Notes: generated by a model not told the origin, from the sequence alone. Shown: positions 15,737-24,900, numbered from the stretch's first letter. The stretch: 32,000 nt of DNA from Delftia acidovorans NBRC 14950 (GCF_001598795.1 NZ_BCZP01000017.1:60001-92000), one strand, 5' to 3'. Translations and numbers: made by a program.

Positions 15737-17008
15737 ATGAACACCTACACGACCCCGCGGCCGTCCGGCCCGCGCACGCCCCTTTTCCTGTCTTTCGCCG
15801 ATCGCGTCGGCGCCTTCCTGTCCCGCTGGTCCCATGCCGAGGCTGCGGGCGGCATCGTGCTGCTGCTGGCAGCGGCCGCCGCCCTGCTCTGGGCGAACTC
15901 CGGCTGGGCCGGCTCCTATGAGGCGCTGTGGCACACGCCGCTGAGCCTGGGCCTGGGCCCGTGGCAGCTGTCGCAATCCCTGCATTTCTGGGTCAATGAC
16001 GCGCTGATGAGCGTGTTCTTTCTCGTGGTCGGCATGGAGATACGCCGCGAGATGCATTCCGGCGCACTGGCCCAGCCGCGCCAGGCGCTGCTGCCCGTGA
16101 TGGCCGCGCTGGGCGGCGTGGTGGCGCCGGCCCTGATCTTCCTGGCCTTCAACGCCGCGCCGCCGCTGCGCAATGGCTGGGCCGTGCCCACGGCCACCGA
16201 CATCGCCTTTGCCATGGGCGTGCTGGCCCTGCTGGGCCGGGGCCTGCCGCCCGCGCTGCGCGTGTTCCTGCTGGCGCTGGCCATCATCGACGACCTGGTG
16301 GCCGTGCTCATCATTGCGCTGTTCTATTCGGGCGGGCTGCAGTGGAGCCAGCTGCTGGTGGCCGCCGCCGGCCTGGCCGGCGTGTTCCTGCTGCAGTCGC
16401 TGGGCGTGCGCCGCGCCTGGGCCTATGTGCTGCCGGGCGCCGTGCTCTGGTGGGGCATCTGGCAGACCGGCGCCCATCCCACGCTGGCCGGCGTGGTGCT
16501 GGGCCTGGTGACACCCGTGCACGCACTGGCAGGCCGCGAAAGCGCCGCGCCCGTGGAGCGTGTGCAGGCGGACCTGCATCCCTGGGTGGCCTTTGGCGTG
16601 ATGCCGCTGTTTGCGCTGGCCAATGCCGGCGTGCCGCTGCAGGGCGCGGGCACCACTGGCATTGATGTGGCGGGCACGTCGGCCGTGATGTGGGGCGTGG
16701 CCCTGGCCCTGGTGCTGGGCAAGCCGCTGGGCGTGCTGCTCAGCTGCTGGCTGGCCGTGCGCCTGCGGATGTGCGCACTGCCGCCAGGCATGGGCTGGAG
16801 CGACACGCTGCTGGCCGGCCTGCTGGCAGGCATTGGCTTCACCATGGCCATCTTCATCGCCACGCTGGCTTTTGACAGCGAGGCCCTGCTCAATGCCGCC
16901 AAGCTGGGGGTGCTGATGGCGTCGGCCACGGCCGCCGTGCTGGGCCTGGCCTGGGGCCTGGTGCTGCGCCGCCGCCATGCTGCGGCCGCGACAGTGCAGC
17001 CGGCCTGA
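15737..17008 (+). CDS. nhaA: Na+/H+ antiporter NhaA
   Basis: 423 aa. '[22 protein letters not shown]', '[20 protein letters not shown]' and '[19 protein letters not shown]' (the DD pair) align by eye with E. coli NhaA. The track start at 15638 is a TTG in the leader. Confidence 0.93.
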   Translation: MNTYTTPRPSGPRTPLFLSFADRVGAFLSRWSHAEAAGGIVLLLAAAAALLWANSGWAGSYEALWHTPLSLGLGPWQLSQSLHFWVNDALMSVFFLVVGMEIRREMHSGALAQPRQALLPVMAALGGVVAPALIFLAFNAAPPLRNGWAVPTATDIAFAMGVLALLGRGLPPALRVFLLALAIIDDLVAVLIIALFYSGGLQWSQLLVAAAGLAGVFLLQSLGVRRAWAYVLPGAVLWWGIWQTGAHPTLAGVVLGLVTPVHALAGRESAAPVERVQADLHPWVAFGVMPLFALANAGVPLQGAGTTGIDVAGTSAVMWGVALALVLGKPLGVLLSCWLAVRLRMCALPPGMGWSDTLLAGLLAGIGFTMAIFIATLAFDSEALLNAAKLGVLMASATAAVLGLAWGLVLRRRHAAAATVQPA

Positions 17009-17036
17009 TCCGCATGCGCTGCGTACACTGCGGCGC

Positions 17037-17504
17037 ATGAGTGATACAGCCACAGACTCCCGCCTGCGTGACATCCTCGTGCAGTGCCGCACCCTGGCCG
17101 TGGTCGGCCTGTCGCCGCAGCCCGACCGGCCCAGCCACCAGGCCTCGCAGTACATGCAGCGCCACGGCTACCGCATCGTTCCCGTGAACCCCGTGGTCGC
17201 ACGCGAAGGCGGACGCATCCTGGGCGAGCCCGTCCATGCCAGCCTGGCCGACGCTGCGGCCGCGCTGGCCGCACAGGGCCTGCGCATCGACATGGTCGAT
17301 TGCTTCCGAAAGAGCGAGGACATCCCGCCGCTGGCCGCCGAGGCCGTTGCCATCGGCGCGCGCTGCCTGTGGCTGCAATTGGGCGTGGTCAACGACAAAG
17401 CCCTGGAACTGGCCCGCGCTGCGGGCCTGTGGACCGTGCAGGACCGCTGCGTGAAGATCGAGCACCAGCGCCTGCTGGCCGATGCCCCAGCCGCTGCCCG
17501 GTAG
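17037..17504 (+). CDS. CoA-binding domain protein (YccU-like)
   Basis: 155 aa. 'CRTLAVVGLSPQPDRPSHQASQYMQRHGYRIVPVNP' and 'IDMVDCFRKSEDIPPLA...GARCLWLQLGVVN' are typical of CoA_binding_2 proteins. Confidence 0.85.
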   Translation: MSDTATDSRLRDILVQCRTLAVVGLSPQPDRPSHQASQYMQRHGYRIVPVNPVVAREGGRILGEPVHASLADAAAALAAQGLRIDMVDCFRKSEDIPPLAAEAVAIGARCLWLQLGVVNDKALELARAAGLWTVQDRCVKIEHQRLLADAPAAAR

Positions 17505-17520
17505 CTCAGGAATTGCCCAT

Positions 17521-17553
17521 GAAAAAGGCCGCAGCCCCTGAAAGGCTGCGGCC
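17521..17553 (-). terminator. Rho-independent terminator, canonical on the minus strand
   Basis: 10-bp stem GGCCGCAGCC (17527-17536) / GGCTGCGGCC (17544-17553) with a 7-nt loop. On the minus strand it is followed by TTTTTC (the complement of 17521-17526). On the plus strand there is no U tract. Confidence 0.65.
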
Positions 17554-17759
17554 TGCAATTGGCGTGGACCAAGGCCCGGTCAGTCCGGTGCAGGTTACCT
17601 GCCTCCGTCCGGGTGTCTGCTTCAGCCCACATCCAGCATCATGCACGGTCTTTGTGACAGCCCTGTGATGCACATCACGGTCCGGCTCACTGCACAAGAA
17701 GCCGGATCCGCCCTCTCTTTCCGAAAATCCCCCGATTCCCCCCAAGCGCCGGGACGGCC

Positions 17760-18593
17760 TCAGCCGCGCCGCGTGAACAGGCGCATGTAGCGCGAAGGCA
17801 GGTCCTGCATGCGCATCATGATGGGCAGGTCTGCCGTGTTGAAGTCGCTGTCCCAGGCCGGCGCGCCCAGCACCTTGGCGCCCGTGCGCAGATAGCCCTG
17901 GATCAGCGCGGGCGGCTCCACGCTCATGCCGCTGGTGCTGACCGATGCCAGCTCCTCGGGCAGGGCCACGCGGGGACGCACCTGCAGCTCGGGCTCGGCC
18001 AGATGGGTCTGGCGCAGTTGCTGCCAGACGCGCGCCGGGCCTTCGCCGTGGGCCAGGCCCGGGTACTGCATGGGAATGCTGGCGCAGCCGACCATGGCGT
18101 CCAGCTGGTTGCGCTGCATGAATTCGGCCAGGGCGCCCCACAGCGCCAGGATCACGCCACCCTGGCGGTGCGACGCATGCACGCAGCTGCGGCCCAGCTC
18201 CACCATGCGCGGGCGCCAGGCGTGCAGCGGGGCGAGGTCGAATTCCTGGTCGGAGTACAAGCCGCCGGCGCGCAGCGCCTGGGTGGGGGTGAGCAGGCGG
18301 TAGGTGCCGATGACCACGCCCCGGTCGGCATCGCAGACCATGAGGTGCTCGCAGAAATCGTCGAAGGCGTCGATGTCGTGTCCGGCCAGCGGCGTCTGCA
18401 GCACGGCGCCCATCTCGGCGGCGAACACCGCGTGGCGCAGGCGCTGCACCTGTCGCACTTCGTCAAGGTGCCGGGCCCAGCGCACGTCCAGCCGCAGCGG
18501 TTTGTCTGCGGCCTGGGGTGGCTGGAGAAGCGCGGAAAGCGGGGGCTTGGCGACGTCGATCGCCGCGTTGCGAAGGGTGTCAAGAATGTCCAT
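17760..18593 (-). CDS. GNAT-fold N-acyltransferase, OlsB-like (ornithine/amino-acid lipid N-acyltransferase; formerly annotated 'putative hemolysin')
   Basis: 277 aa from ATG 18593. 'RLRHAVFAAEMGA', 'DDFCEHLMVCD', 'VIGTYRLL', 'YSDQEFDL' and 'ELGRSCVHASHRQG' resemble the Acetyltransf_5/OlsB family. The ORF-track extension to 19154 overlaps the MCP gene antisense and is rejected. Confidence 0.8.
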   Translation of the reverse strand: MDILDTLRNAAIDVAKPPLSALLQPPQAADKPLRLDVRWARHLDEVRQVQRLRHAVFAAEMGAVLQTPLAGHDIDAFDDFCEHLMVCDADRGVVIGTYRLLTPTQALRAGGLYSDQEFDLAPLHAWRPRMVELGRSCVHASHRQGGVILALWGALAEFMQRNQLDAMVGCASIPMQYPGLAHGEGPARVWQQLRQTHLAEPELQVRPRVALPEELASVSTSGMSVEPPALIQGYLRTGAKVLGAPAWDSDFNTADLPIMMRMQDLPSRYMRLFTRRG

Positions 18594-18900
18594 ATGCCCG
18601 CCTTCCTCGTCATGTTGGACGCAGTCGGTGACCTGCCTGTGCCACTCGGTTTGCCTGCGTGCCGCCATTGTGGAAAGCCGCCATGAAAGTCCCGCGACGG
18701 TTGCGTTACAGCAACATGTCACACCGCACTGCAATGGTGCACTGCAGCAAATGCCTCTATGACAGGTGTTGCACGCAAGTTGGTGCACGCCACCACAGGG
18801 TTGGCATGTCGTCAAGAATGAAACAAATTGTGCGTTAATGACAGGGCCGCATGCCCGGCCATCGCGGCTTGCGGAGTCCTCAGTCTTCCCTTGCCGCGCC

Positions 18901-20733
18901 ATGCTCCAGACCCTTCGCTCCAAGATTCTTGCCATCAGCACAGCCACCGTGGTCGGCGCCCTTGCCATCACGGGGGCCGCCACGTACCACATCGTCCGCG
19001 GCAGCACGTTCCAGACCATCGAACAGGATCTGGATGCCATCACCGCAGGCAACACCATGGCCATCGACCAGTGGGTGGCATCCAAGGCACGCGCCGTCAG
19101 CGCCGCCGCCGCCGTGATCGAGCATGGCGACCCGCAGGGCTTTGCCGCCCACATGGGTCAGGCCAGTGGCTTTCCCATCACCACGGTGGGCTGGCAGGAC
19201 AAGACCTTCAAGTCCACCACCAGCACCCCGCCCGACTACGACCCCACGGCCCGGCCCTGGTACAAGAGCGCCGTGCAGGCCGGCAAGCTGACGCTGACCA
19301 AGCCCTATGGCGACTCCACCACGGGCGTGCCCTATGTGGCCTTCGTGGCGCCCATGCTGCGCGGCGGCGCGCTGCAGGGCGTGATCAGCGGCGCCGTGCC
19401 GCTGGAGGGCGTGCGCGAGGTGGTCTCGGCCATCCGCCCGACGCCCGGCAGCCTGGGCTTTGTGGTCAGCCGTGACGGCCAGGTGCTGGCGCATGCCGAT
19501 GCCAAGCTGCTGCTCAAGCCCACCTCCGACCTGTCCGAGCTGCTGACGCCGGCCGCGCTGACCGCGCTGGCCAGCGCCACGGCGCCGCTGGAAGTGAACC
19601 TGGGCGGCAGCGCCAAGCTGCTCAAGGCCCGCCCCGTGCAGGGCACGGACTGGCTGCTGGTGGTGGCGCTGGACAAGGCCGAGGCCACGACCGGCCTGCA
19701 AAGCGTGCTCAAGACGCTGGCCATTGCCATCGTGCTGCTGGCCTGCCTGGCAACGGCCGTGGCGGCGGCGCTGACGGCACAGTCCTTCCGGCGCCTGTCG
19801 CAGGTGCGCGACGCCATGGACAAGATCGGCTCGGGCGGCGGCGACCTGACGCAGCGCCTGCCGGTGTCGGGCAATGACGAAGTGGCGCAGATCGCCTCGT
19901 CCTTCAACGGCTTCGTCGAGCAGATCGGCACCGTGCTCAAGGATGTGCGCAACGGCGTGGAGTCCATGAAGACCGCCACCGACGAGATCAAGCTGGGCAA
20001 CCTGGACCTGTCCAACCGCACCGAGTCCTCGGCCAGCAGCCTGCAGGAGACCTCGGCCTCGCTGTCGCAGCTGACGGCCAATGTGCGCCAGTCGGCCGAG
20101 GCGGCCGCCATGGCCACGCGCCTGGCCCAGTCGGCCAGCAGCTCGGCCACCAAGGGTGGCGACGTGGTGGGCAGCGCCGTGAGCACCATGGACGACATCT
20201 CCAAGGCCTCGTCCAAGATCGGCGAGATCATCGGCGTCATCGACGCCATCGCCTTCCAGACCAACATCCTGGCGCTCAATGCCGCCGTCGAGGCAGCCCG
20301 CGCGGGTGAGCAGGGCCGGGGCTTTGCCGTGGTGGCGGCAGAAGTACGCAGCCTGGCCCACCGCAGCGCGGCGGCCGCCAAGGAGATCAAGACCCTGATC
20401 GACGCCTCCGGCGCCAGCGTGGCCATGGGCACGGACCGCGTGCGCGCGGCCGGCCAGACCATGGGCGAGATCGTGGAGGGCATCCAGCGCGTCTCCCAGA
20501 TCATTGTCGAGATCAACGGCGCCATGACCGAGCAGAGCGTGGGCATCGGCCAGATCAACCAGGCCGTGGCCGACATGGACCGCGCCACGCAGCAGAACGC
20601 CGCGCTGGTGGAGGAGTCCACCGCCGCATCGTCCGTGCTCAACGAGCAGGCCCACCACCTGTCGCGCACGGTGGCCGGCTTCACGCTGGAAGGGCGTGCG
20701 CCTGCCCGGGATCAGTTGCTGCTCACCAACTGA
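18901..20733 (+). CDS. Methyl-accepting chemotaxis protein with periplasmic Cache-type sensor, HAMP and MCP signalling domains
   Basis: 610 aa. TM1 is '[19 protein letters not shown]'. The Cache hallmark is '[11 protein letters not shown]...[13 protein letters not shown]'. The signalling hairpin is '[37 protein letters not shown]'. Confidence 0.93.
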   Translation: MLQTLRSKILAISTATVVGALAITGAATYHIVRGSTFQTIEQDLDAITAGNTMAIDQWVASKARAVSAAAAVIEHGDPQGFAAHMGQASGFPITTVGWQDKTFKSTTSTPPDYDPTARPWYKSAVQAGKLTLTKPYGDSTTGVPYVAFVAPMLRGGALQGVISGAVPLEGVREVVSAIRPTPGSLGFVVSRDGQVLAHADAKLLLKPTSDLSELLTPAALTALASATAPLEVNLGGSAKLLKARPVQGTDWLLVVALDKAEATTGLQSVLKTLAIAIVLLACLATAVAAALTAQSFRRLSQVRDAMDKIGSGGGDLTQRLPVSGNDEVAQIASSFNGFVEQIGTVLKDVRNGVESMKTATDEIKLGNLDLSNRTESSASSLQETSASLSQLTANVRQSAEAAAMATRLAQSASSSATKGGDVVGSAVSTMDDISKASSKIGEIIGVIDAIAFQTNILALNAAVEAARAGEQGRGFAVVAAEVRSLAHRSAAAAKEIKTLIDASGASVAMGTDRVRAAGQTMGEIVEGIQRVSQIIVEINGAMTEQSVGIGQINQAVADMDRATQQNAALVEESTAASSVLNEQAHHLSRTVAGFTLEGRAPARDQLLLTN

Positions 20734-20752
20734 GCCGCAGCAAGCGACGGGC

Positions 20753-21580
20753 TCAGGCCTGGGCCGGCGCTCCCAGGCGCTGGGACAGGCTGCGCGCCTG
20801 GGCCTGCAGCAGCAGGGCCGGCCGGCCTTGCAGGTCCAGGTCCAGCGTGGCCGAAGGGCCGATGGCGGCAATGGCCAGCACCAGCTGGCCAAAGCCGTCG
20901 AACACCGGCACGGCCAGCGCGCTCACGCCTGACAGCAGCTGGTTCTCGACCCGGCTCAGGCGGCTGGCGCGGATGGCGGCCAGCTCCTTTGCAAAGGCGG
21001 GCTCTTCCAGGCTGTGGCCTTCCGCGTCCAGCAGGGGCGCGATGCGCCCGGGCTCGCCAAAGGCCGCAAAGATCTTGCCCGTGGCCGTGTGGCGCAGCGA
21101 TGCGGGCGTGCCGTGGCGCATGGCCACATAGACATGGGTGGGCCCCTCTTCCACGCGGATGATGGTCGGCCCCTGGCCGCTCCACATGGCAATCGACACC
21201 GTGCTGCCCACCTCCTGCGCCAGCGCGGGCAGCTCGGCAATCGCCAGGCGCACGGGATCGGCCTGCTGCAGGCTGATCAGCCCCATCTGTATGGCCAGCG
21301 GCCCCAGGCCGTAGTGGCCGCTGGCGCGGTCCTGCTCCATCAGGCCCAGCTTGCAGAAGCTCACCAGGTAGGGATGGGCCTTGGCCGCCGTCATGCCGGC
21401 CTCGCGCGCCAGATCCTTCAGCGCCATGCGCCGGCCCGTGCGCGCCAGCGCCTTGAGCAGCTGGCCGCCGACCTCCACGCTCTGGATGCCGCGCGGGCCG
21501 CGCGCGGGCTCGTCATCGGCGCTGTCGGAGGGGAAGACGGGGTCGTTCGGGGAGGAGGCGGCATCGGACATGGCAGGCAT
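20753..21580 (-). CDS. IclR-family transcriptional regulator
   Basis: HTH 'MALKDLAREAGMTAAKAHPYLVSFCKLGLMEQ' with a C-terminal IclR effector domain. Start ATG is at 21580 or 21571. It is divergent from the MBL-fold gene. Confidence 0.88.
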   Translation of the reverse strand: MPAMSDAASSPNDPVFPSDSADDEPARGPRGIQSVEVGGQLLKALARTGRRMALKDLAREAGMTAAKAHPYLVSFCKLGLMEQDRASGHYGLGPLAIQMGLISLQQADPVRLAIAELPALAQEVGSTVSIAMWSGQGPTIIRVEEGPTHVYVAMRHGTPASLRHTATGKIFAAFGEPGRIAPLLDAEGHSLEEPAFAKELAAIRASRLSRVENQLLSGVSALAVPVFDGFGQLVLAIAAIGPSATLDLDLQGRPALLLQAQARSLSQRLGAPAQA

Positions 21581-21720
21581 TGTGAAGGCTGGAACCCGAA
21601 GTTTGCGGCTCCGAGGGTTTTTCACTATGTCAAATGAATTGTTCAATGTTGAATTTTTCCCTAGCATTCATGCATTCGATAAAAACAAATGCATTTGTCC
21701 ATCTCAAAAGCAGGATGCCC
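21581..21720. promoter_or_regulatory. AT-rich divergent promoter/operator region (iclR <-> MBL operon)
   Basis: Palindrome TTCAA-tg-TTGAA at 21642-21653. TGAATT direct repeat at 21635 and 21650. Three (AT)GCATT copies at 21664, 21672 and 21691. This is the AT-richest segment of the window. Confidence 0.5.
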
Positions 21721-22686
21721 ATGACCACCAAGACCTTTGCCTCCGCCGCCGACCTCGAAATCAAGCAGGTCAGCTTCGACAAGCTCTCCGAGCACGCCTA
21801 TGCCTACACGGCCGAAGGCGACCCCAACACCGGCATCATCATTGGCGACGACGCCGTGATGGTGATCGACACCCAGGCCACGCCCGTCATGGCCCAGGAC
21901 GTGATCCGCCGCATCCGCGAGATCACCGACAAGCCCATCAAGTACGTCACGCTGTCGCACTACCACGCGGTGCGCGTGCTGGGCGCCTCGGCCTTCTTCG
22001 CGGAAGGTGCCGAGCACATCATCGCCAGCCAGGACACCTATGACCTCATCGTGGAGCGCGGCGAGCAGGACAAGGCCAGCGAGATCGGCCGCTTCCCGCG
22101 CCTGTTCCAGAACGTGGAAAGCGTGCCCGACGGCATGACCTGGCCCACCCTCACCTTCACCGGCAAGATGACGCTGTGGCTGGGCAAGCTCGAGGTGCAG
22201 ATCCTGCAGCTGGGCCGCGGCCACACCAAGGGCGACACCGTGGTCTGGCTGCCCCAGGACAAGGTGCTGTTCAGCGGCGACCTGGTGGAGTTCGGCGCCA
22301 CGCCCTATGCGGGCGACGCCTACTTCCAGGACTGGCCGCACACGCTGGACGCCATCGCCGCCCTGCAGCCCGAAAAGCTCGTGCCCGGCCGGGGCGCCGC
22401 GCTGCAGACGCCGGCCGAGGTGCAGGCCGGCCTGGCCGGCACGCGCGACTTCATCAGCGACCTGTGGACCGAGGTCAAGGCCGGCGCCGATGCCCAGCAG
22501 GACCTGCGCAAGGTCTACGAGGCCGCCTTCGCCAAGCTGCAGCCCAAGTACGGCCAGTGGGTGATCTTCAACCACTGCATGCCCTTCGATGTGACCCGCG
22601 CCTATGACGAGGCATCGGGCCACGCCGACCCGCGCATCTGGACCGCCGAGCGCGACCGCCAGATGTGGCTGGCGCTCGAAGGCTGA
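21721..22686 (+). CDS. MBL-fold (metallo-beta-lactamase superfamily) protein with a degenerate metal-binding motif
   Basis: 'VMVIDTQAT', 'VTLSHYHAVRVLG' (HxHxVR where HxHxDH is expected), 'GRGHTKGD', 'VLFSGDLVE', and 'VPGRG' in place of PGHG. ATG 21721 has AGGA about 5 nt upstream; an alternative start is ATG 21715. Confidence 0.85.
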   Translation: MTTKTFASAADLEIKQVSFDKLSEHAYAYTAEGDPNTGIIIGDDAVMVIDTQATPVMAQDVIRRIREITDKPIKYVTLSHYHAVRVLGASAFFAEGAEHIIASQDTYDLIVERGEQDKASEIGRFPRLFQNVESVPDGMTWPTLTFTGKMTLWLGKLEVQILQLGRGHTKGDTVVWLPQDKVLFSGDLVEFGATPYAGDAYFQDWPHTLDAIAALQPEKLVPGRGAALQTPAEVQAGLAGTRDFISDLWTEVKAGADAQQDLRKVYEAAFAKLQPKYGQWVIFNHCMPFDVTRAYDEASGHADPRIWTAERDRQMWLALEG

Positions 22687-22818
22687 TGCACGGCGGCGTC
22701 CGGGCCTGAACACCGGCACGCCCGCCCATCGCACCCGTCCGTGAACCGGCGCCCTGGCGCGCCGGCGGGGATGGCTGCGCCCTTTTTTCCACACTGCCCA
22801 CGCCAGAGGACGAACACC

Positions 22819-24510
22819 ATGTCCCACCCCGCCATCTCCCTGCAAGCGCTGCGCGGCAGCGGCGCAGACATACAGTCCATCCACATTCCCTACGAGCGCC
22901 ATGCCGACCAGGACGCCGGTGCGGACACGCCCGCCCGGCATCCCGTGGTCATCGTCGGCGCCGGCCCCGTAGGCCTGTCGCTGGCCATCGACCTGGCCCA
23001 GCGCGGCCAGCGCGTGGTGCTGCTGGACAACGACTGCCGGCTGTCCACGGGCTCGCGCGCCATCTGCTTTTCCAAGCGCACGCTGGAGATCTGGGACCGC
23101 CTGGGCGTGGGCCAGCCCATGGTGGACAAGGGCGTGTCCTGGAACCTGGGCAAGGTCTTCTTCAAGGACCAGCCGCTGTACCGCTTCGACCTGCTGCCCG
23201 AGGACGGCCACGAGCGCCCGGCCTTCATCAACCTGCAGCAGTACTACGCCGAGGCCTATCTGGTCGAGCGAGCCCTGCAGCTCCCGCTGATCGACCTGCG
23301 CTGGCACAGCAAGGTCACGGCACTGGAGCCGCAGGCCGAGGGCGCCCTGCTGACCGTGGAGACGCCTGACGGCAGCTACCGCATCGATGCGCAATGGGTT
23401 CTGGCCTGCGATGGCTCGCGCTCGCCGCTGCGTGGCCTGCTGGGCCAGGAAAGCCATGGCCGCATCTTCCGCGACCGCTTCCTGATCGCCGACGTGAAGA
23501 TGCATGCCGAATTCCCCACCGAGCGCTGGTTCTGGTTCGACCCGCCCTTCCACCCGGGCCAGAGCGTGCTGCTGCACCGCCAGCCCGACGATGTCTGGCG
23601 CATCGACTTCCAGCTGGGCTGGGACGCCGATCCCGAGGAAGAGAAAAAGCCCGAGAACATCGTGCCGCGCATCCGCGCCCTGCTGGGCAAGGACGCGCCC
23701 TTCGAACTGGAATGGGCCAGCGTCTACACCTTCGCCTGCCTGCGCATGGACCGATTCGTCCATGGCCGCGTGGTCTTTGCGGGCGACAGCGCCCACGGCG
23801 TCTCGCCGTTTGGCGCACGCGGCGCCAACAGCGGCGTGCAGGATGCCGAGAACCTGGCCTGGAAGCTGGACCGCGTGCTGCGCGGCCAGGCCGATGCCTC
23901 GCTGATCGCCACCTACGGCGCCGAGCGCGAATACGCGGCCGACGAGAACATCCGCAACTCCACGCGCGCCACCGACTTCATCACGCCCAAGAGCGAGATC
24001 AGCCGCCTGTTCCGCGACGCCGTGCTGGACCTGGCGCGCGACCATGAATTCGCGCGCCGCATCGTCAACAGCGGGCGGCTGTCCGTGCCGGCCACGCTGC
24101 ATGGCTCCGCGCTCAACACGCCTGACACCGACACCTTCGACGGAACGCAGCTGCCCGGCGCCGTGCTGGCCGATGCGCCCATGCGCCGGCCCGGCGCAGA
24201 CGGCACGGCCTGGCTGCTGCGCGCACTGGGACCGGACTTCACGCTGCTGCACTTCGGCCCCACGCCGGCCTGGGCGCAGGCGCTGCCCGGCGTGCTCAAC
24301 CTGTCCATCGCGGCCGAGGGAGAGGCCCATGCACCAGACGCCGACCTCATCGATGCGCGCGGCCTGGCGGCCAAACGCCTGGATGCACGCCCCGGCACCA
24401 GCTACCTGCTGCGGCCTGACCAGCATGTCTGCGCGCGCTGGCGCCGCCCCGACGAAGCCGGCGTGCGCGCCGCGCTGCAAAGAGCCTGCGGCGCCGCCGC
24501 CACGGCCTGA
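22819..24510 (+). CDS. FAD-dependent aromatic-ring monooxygenase (PheA/TfdB/MhpA-type, class A flavoprotein hydroxylase)
   Basis: 563 aa. The dinucleotide fold is 'VVIVGAGPVGLSLAIDLAQRGQRVVLLD'. Also 'ACDGSRSPLR' and 'RVVFAGDSAHGVSPFGARGANSGVQDAENLAWKL'. AGAGGA RBS at 22805-22810. Confidence 0.9.
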   Translation: MSHPAISLQALRGSGADIQSIHIPYERHADQDAGADTPARHPVVIVGAGPVGLSLAIDLAQRGQRVVLLDNDCRLSTGSRAICFSKRTLEIWDRLGVGQPMVDKGVSWNLGKVFFKDQPLYRFDLLPEDGHERPAFINLQQYYAEAYLVERALQLPLIDLRWHSKVTALEPQAEGALLTVETPDGSYRIDAQWVLACDGSRSPLRGLLGQESHGRIFRDRFLIADVKMHAEFPTERWFWFDPPFHPGQSVLLHRQPDDVWRIDFQLGWDADPEEEKKPENIVPRIRALLGKDAPFELEWASVYTFACLRMDRFVHGRVVFAGDSAHGVSPFGARGANSGVQDAENLAWKLDRVLRGQADASLIATYGAEREYAADENIRNSTRATDFITPKSEISRLFRDAVLDLARDHEFARRIVNSGRLSVPATLHGSALNTPDTDTFDGTQLPGAVLADAPMRRPGADGTAWLLRALGPDFTLLHFGPTPAWAQALPGVLNLSIAAEGEAHAPDADLIDARGLAAKRLDARPGTSYLLRPDQHVCARWRRPDEAGVRAALQRACGAAATA

Positions 24511-24541
24511 ACCTCTTACGCCCCATCCACAGGAGACCGCC

Positions 24542-24808
24542 ATGCTGCTGTCCACCCACCCCAACCTGCAGGCCTGCGACGATTTCTACGAAGCCCTGAT
24601 CGCCACCCACCAGGGGCTCGATACCGCGCAAAGCCATGCCCTCAATGCCCGCCTCGTGCTGCTGCTGGCCAACCACATCGGCCACCAGGGCACCTTGCTG
24701 CATGCGCTCGAACTGGCCCGCGCCAGCGCAGGACTTGCCCCTGCCGGCGCGGACCCGGCCGAGCGCGGCGCCGTGACGCCGGTCGCCCCGGTGCACGCGG
24801 CCGCCTGA
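24542..24808 (+). CDS. Small DUF2783-like protein
   Basis: 88 aa. AGGAG lies 6 nt upstream of the ATG. 'HPNLQACDDFYEALIATHQGLDTAQSHALNARLVLLLANHIG' matches my recollection of the DUF2783 signature. It starts 31 nt after the monooxygenase stop. Confidence 0.75.
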   Translation: MLLSTHPNLQACDDFYEALIATHQGLDTAQSHALNARLVLLLANHIGHQGTLLHALELARASAGLAPAGADPAERGAVTPVAPVHAAA

Positions 24809-24900
24809 AGCCGCGCGCCGCCGCCCGTGCGGCGGCCTGCCATCCCCACAAAGGCGCCCGCCTCACACCTTGGACATCTCACAAGGGCGCCGCATACAAC

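Noticed and set aside
18817-18837. A possible FliA (sigma-28) promoter upstream of the MCP gene: TCAAG-N15-GCGTTAAT.
   Set aside because: The -10 part matches the GCCGATAA consensus at only about 3 of 8 positions. It could equally be an extended -10 sigma-70 element (TGcGTTAAT). This is not enough to call a class III flagellar promoter.
20731-20755. A hairpin TGAGCC...GGCTCA in which the convergent MCP and IclR stop codons pair with each other; considered as a bidirectional terminator.
   Set aside because: It has only a 6-bp stem, a 13-nt loop and no U tract on either strand, which is too weak to call.
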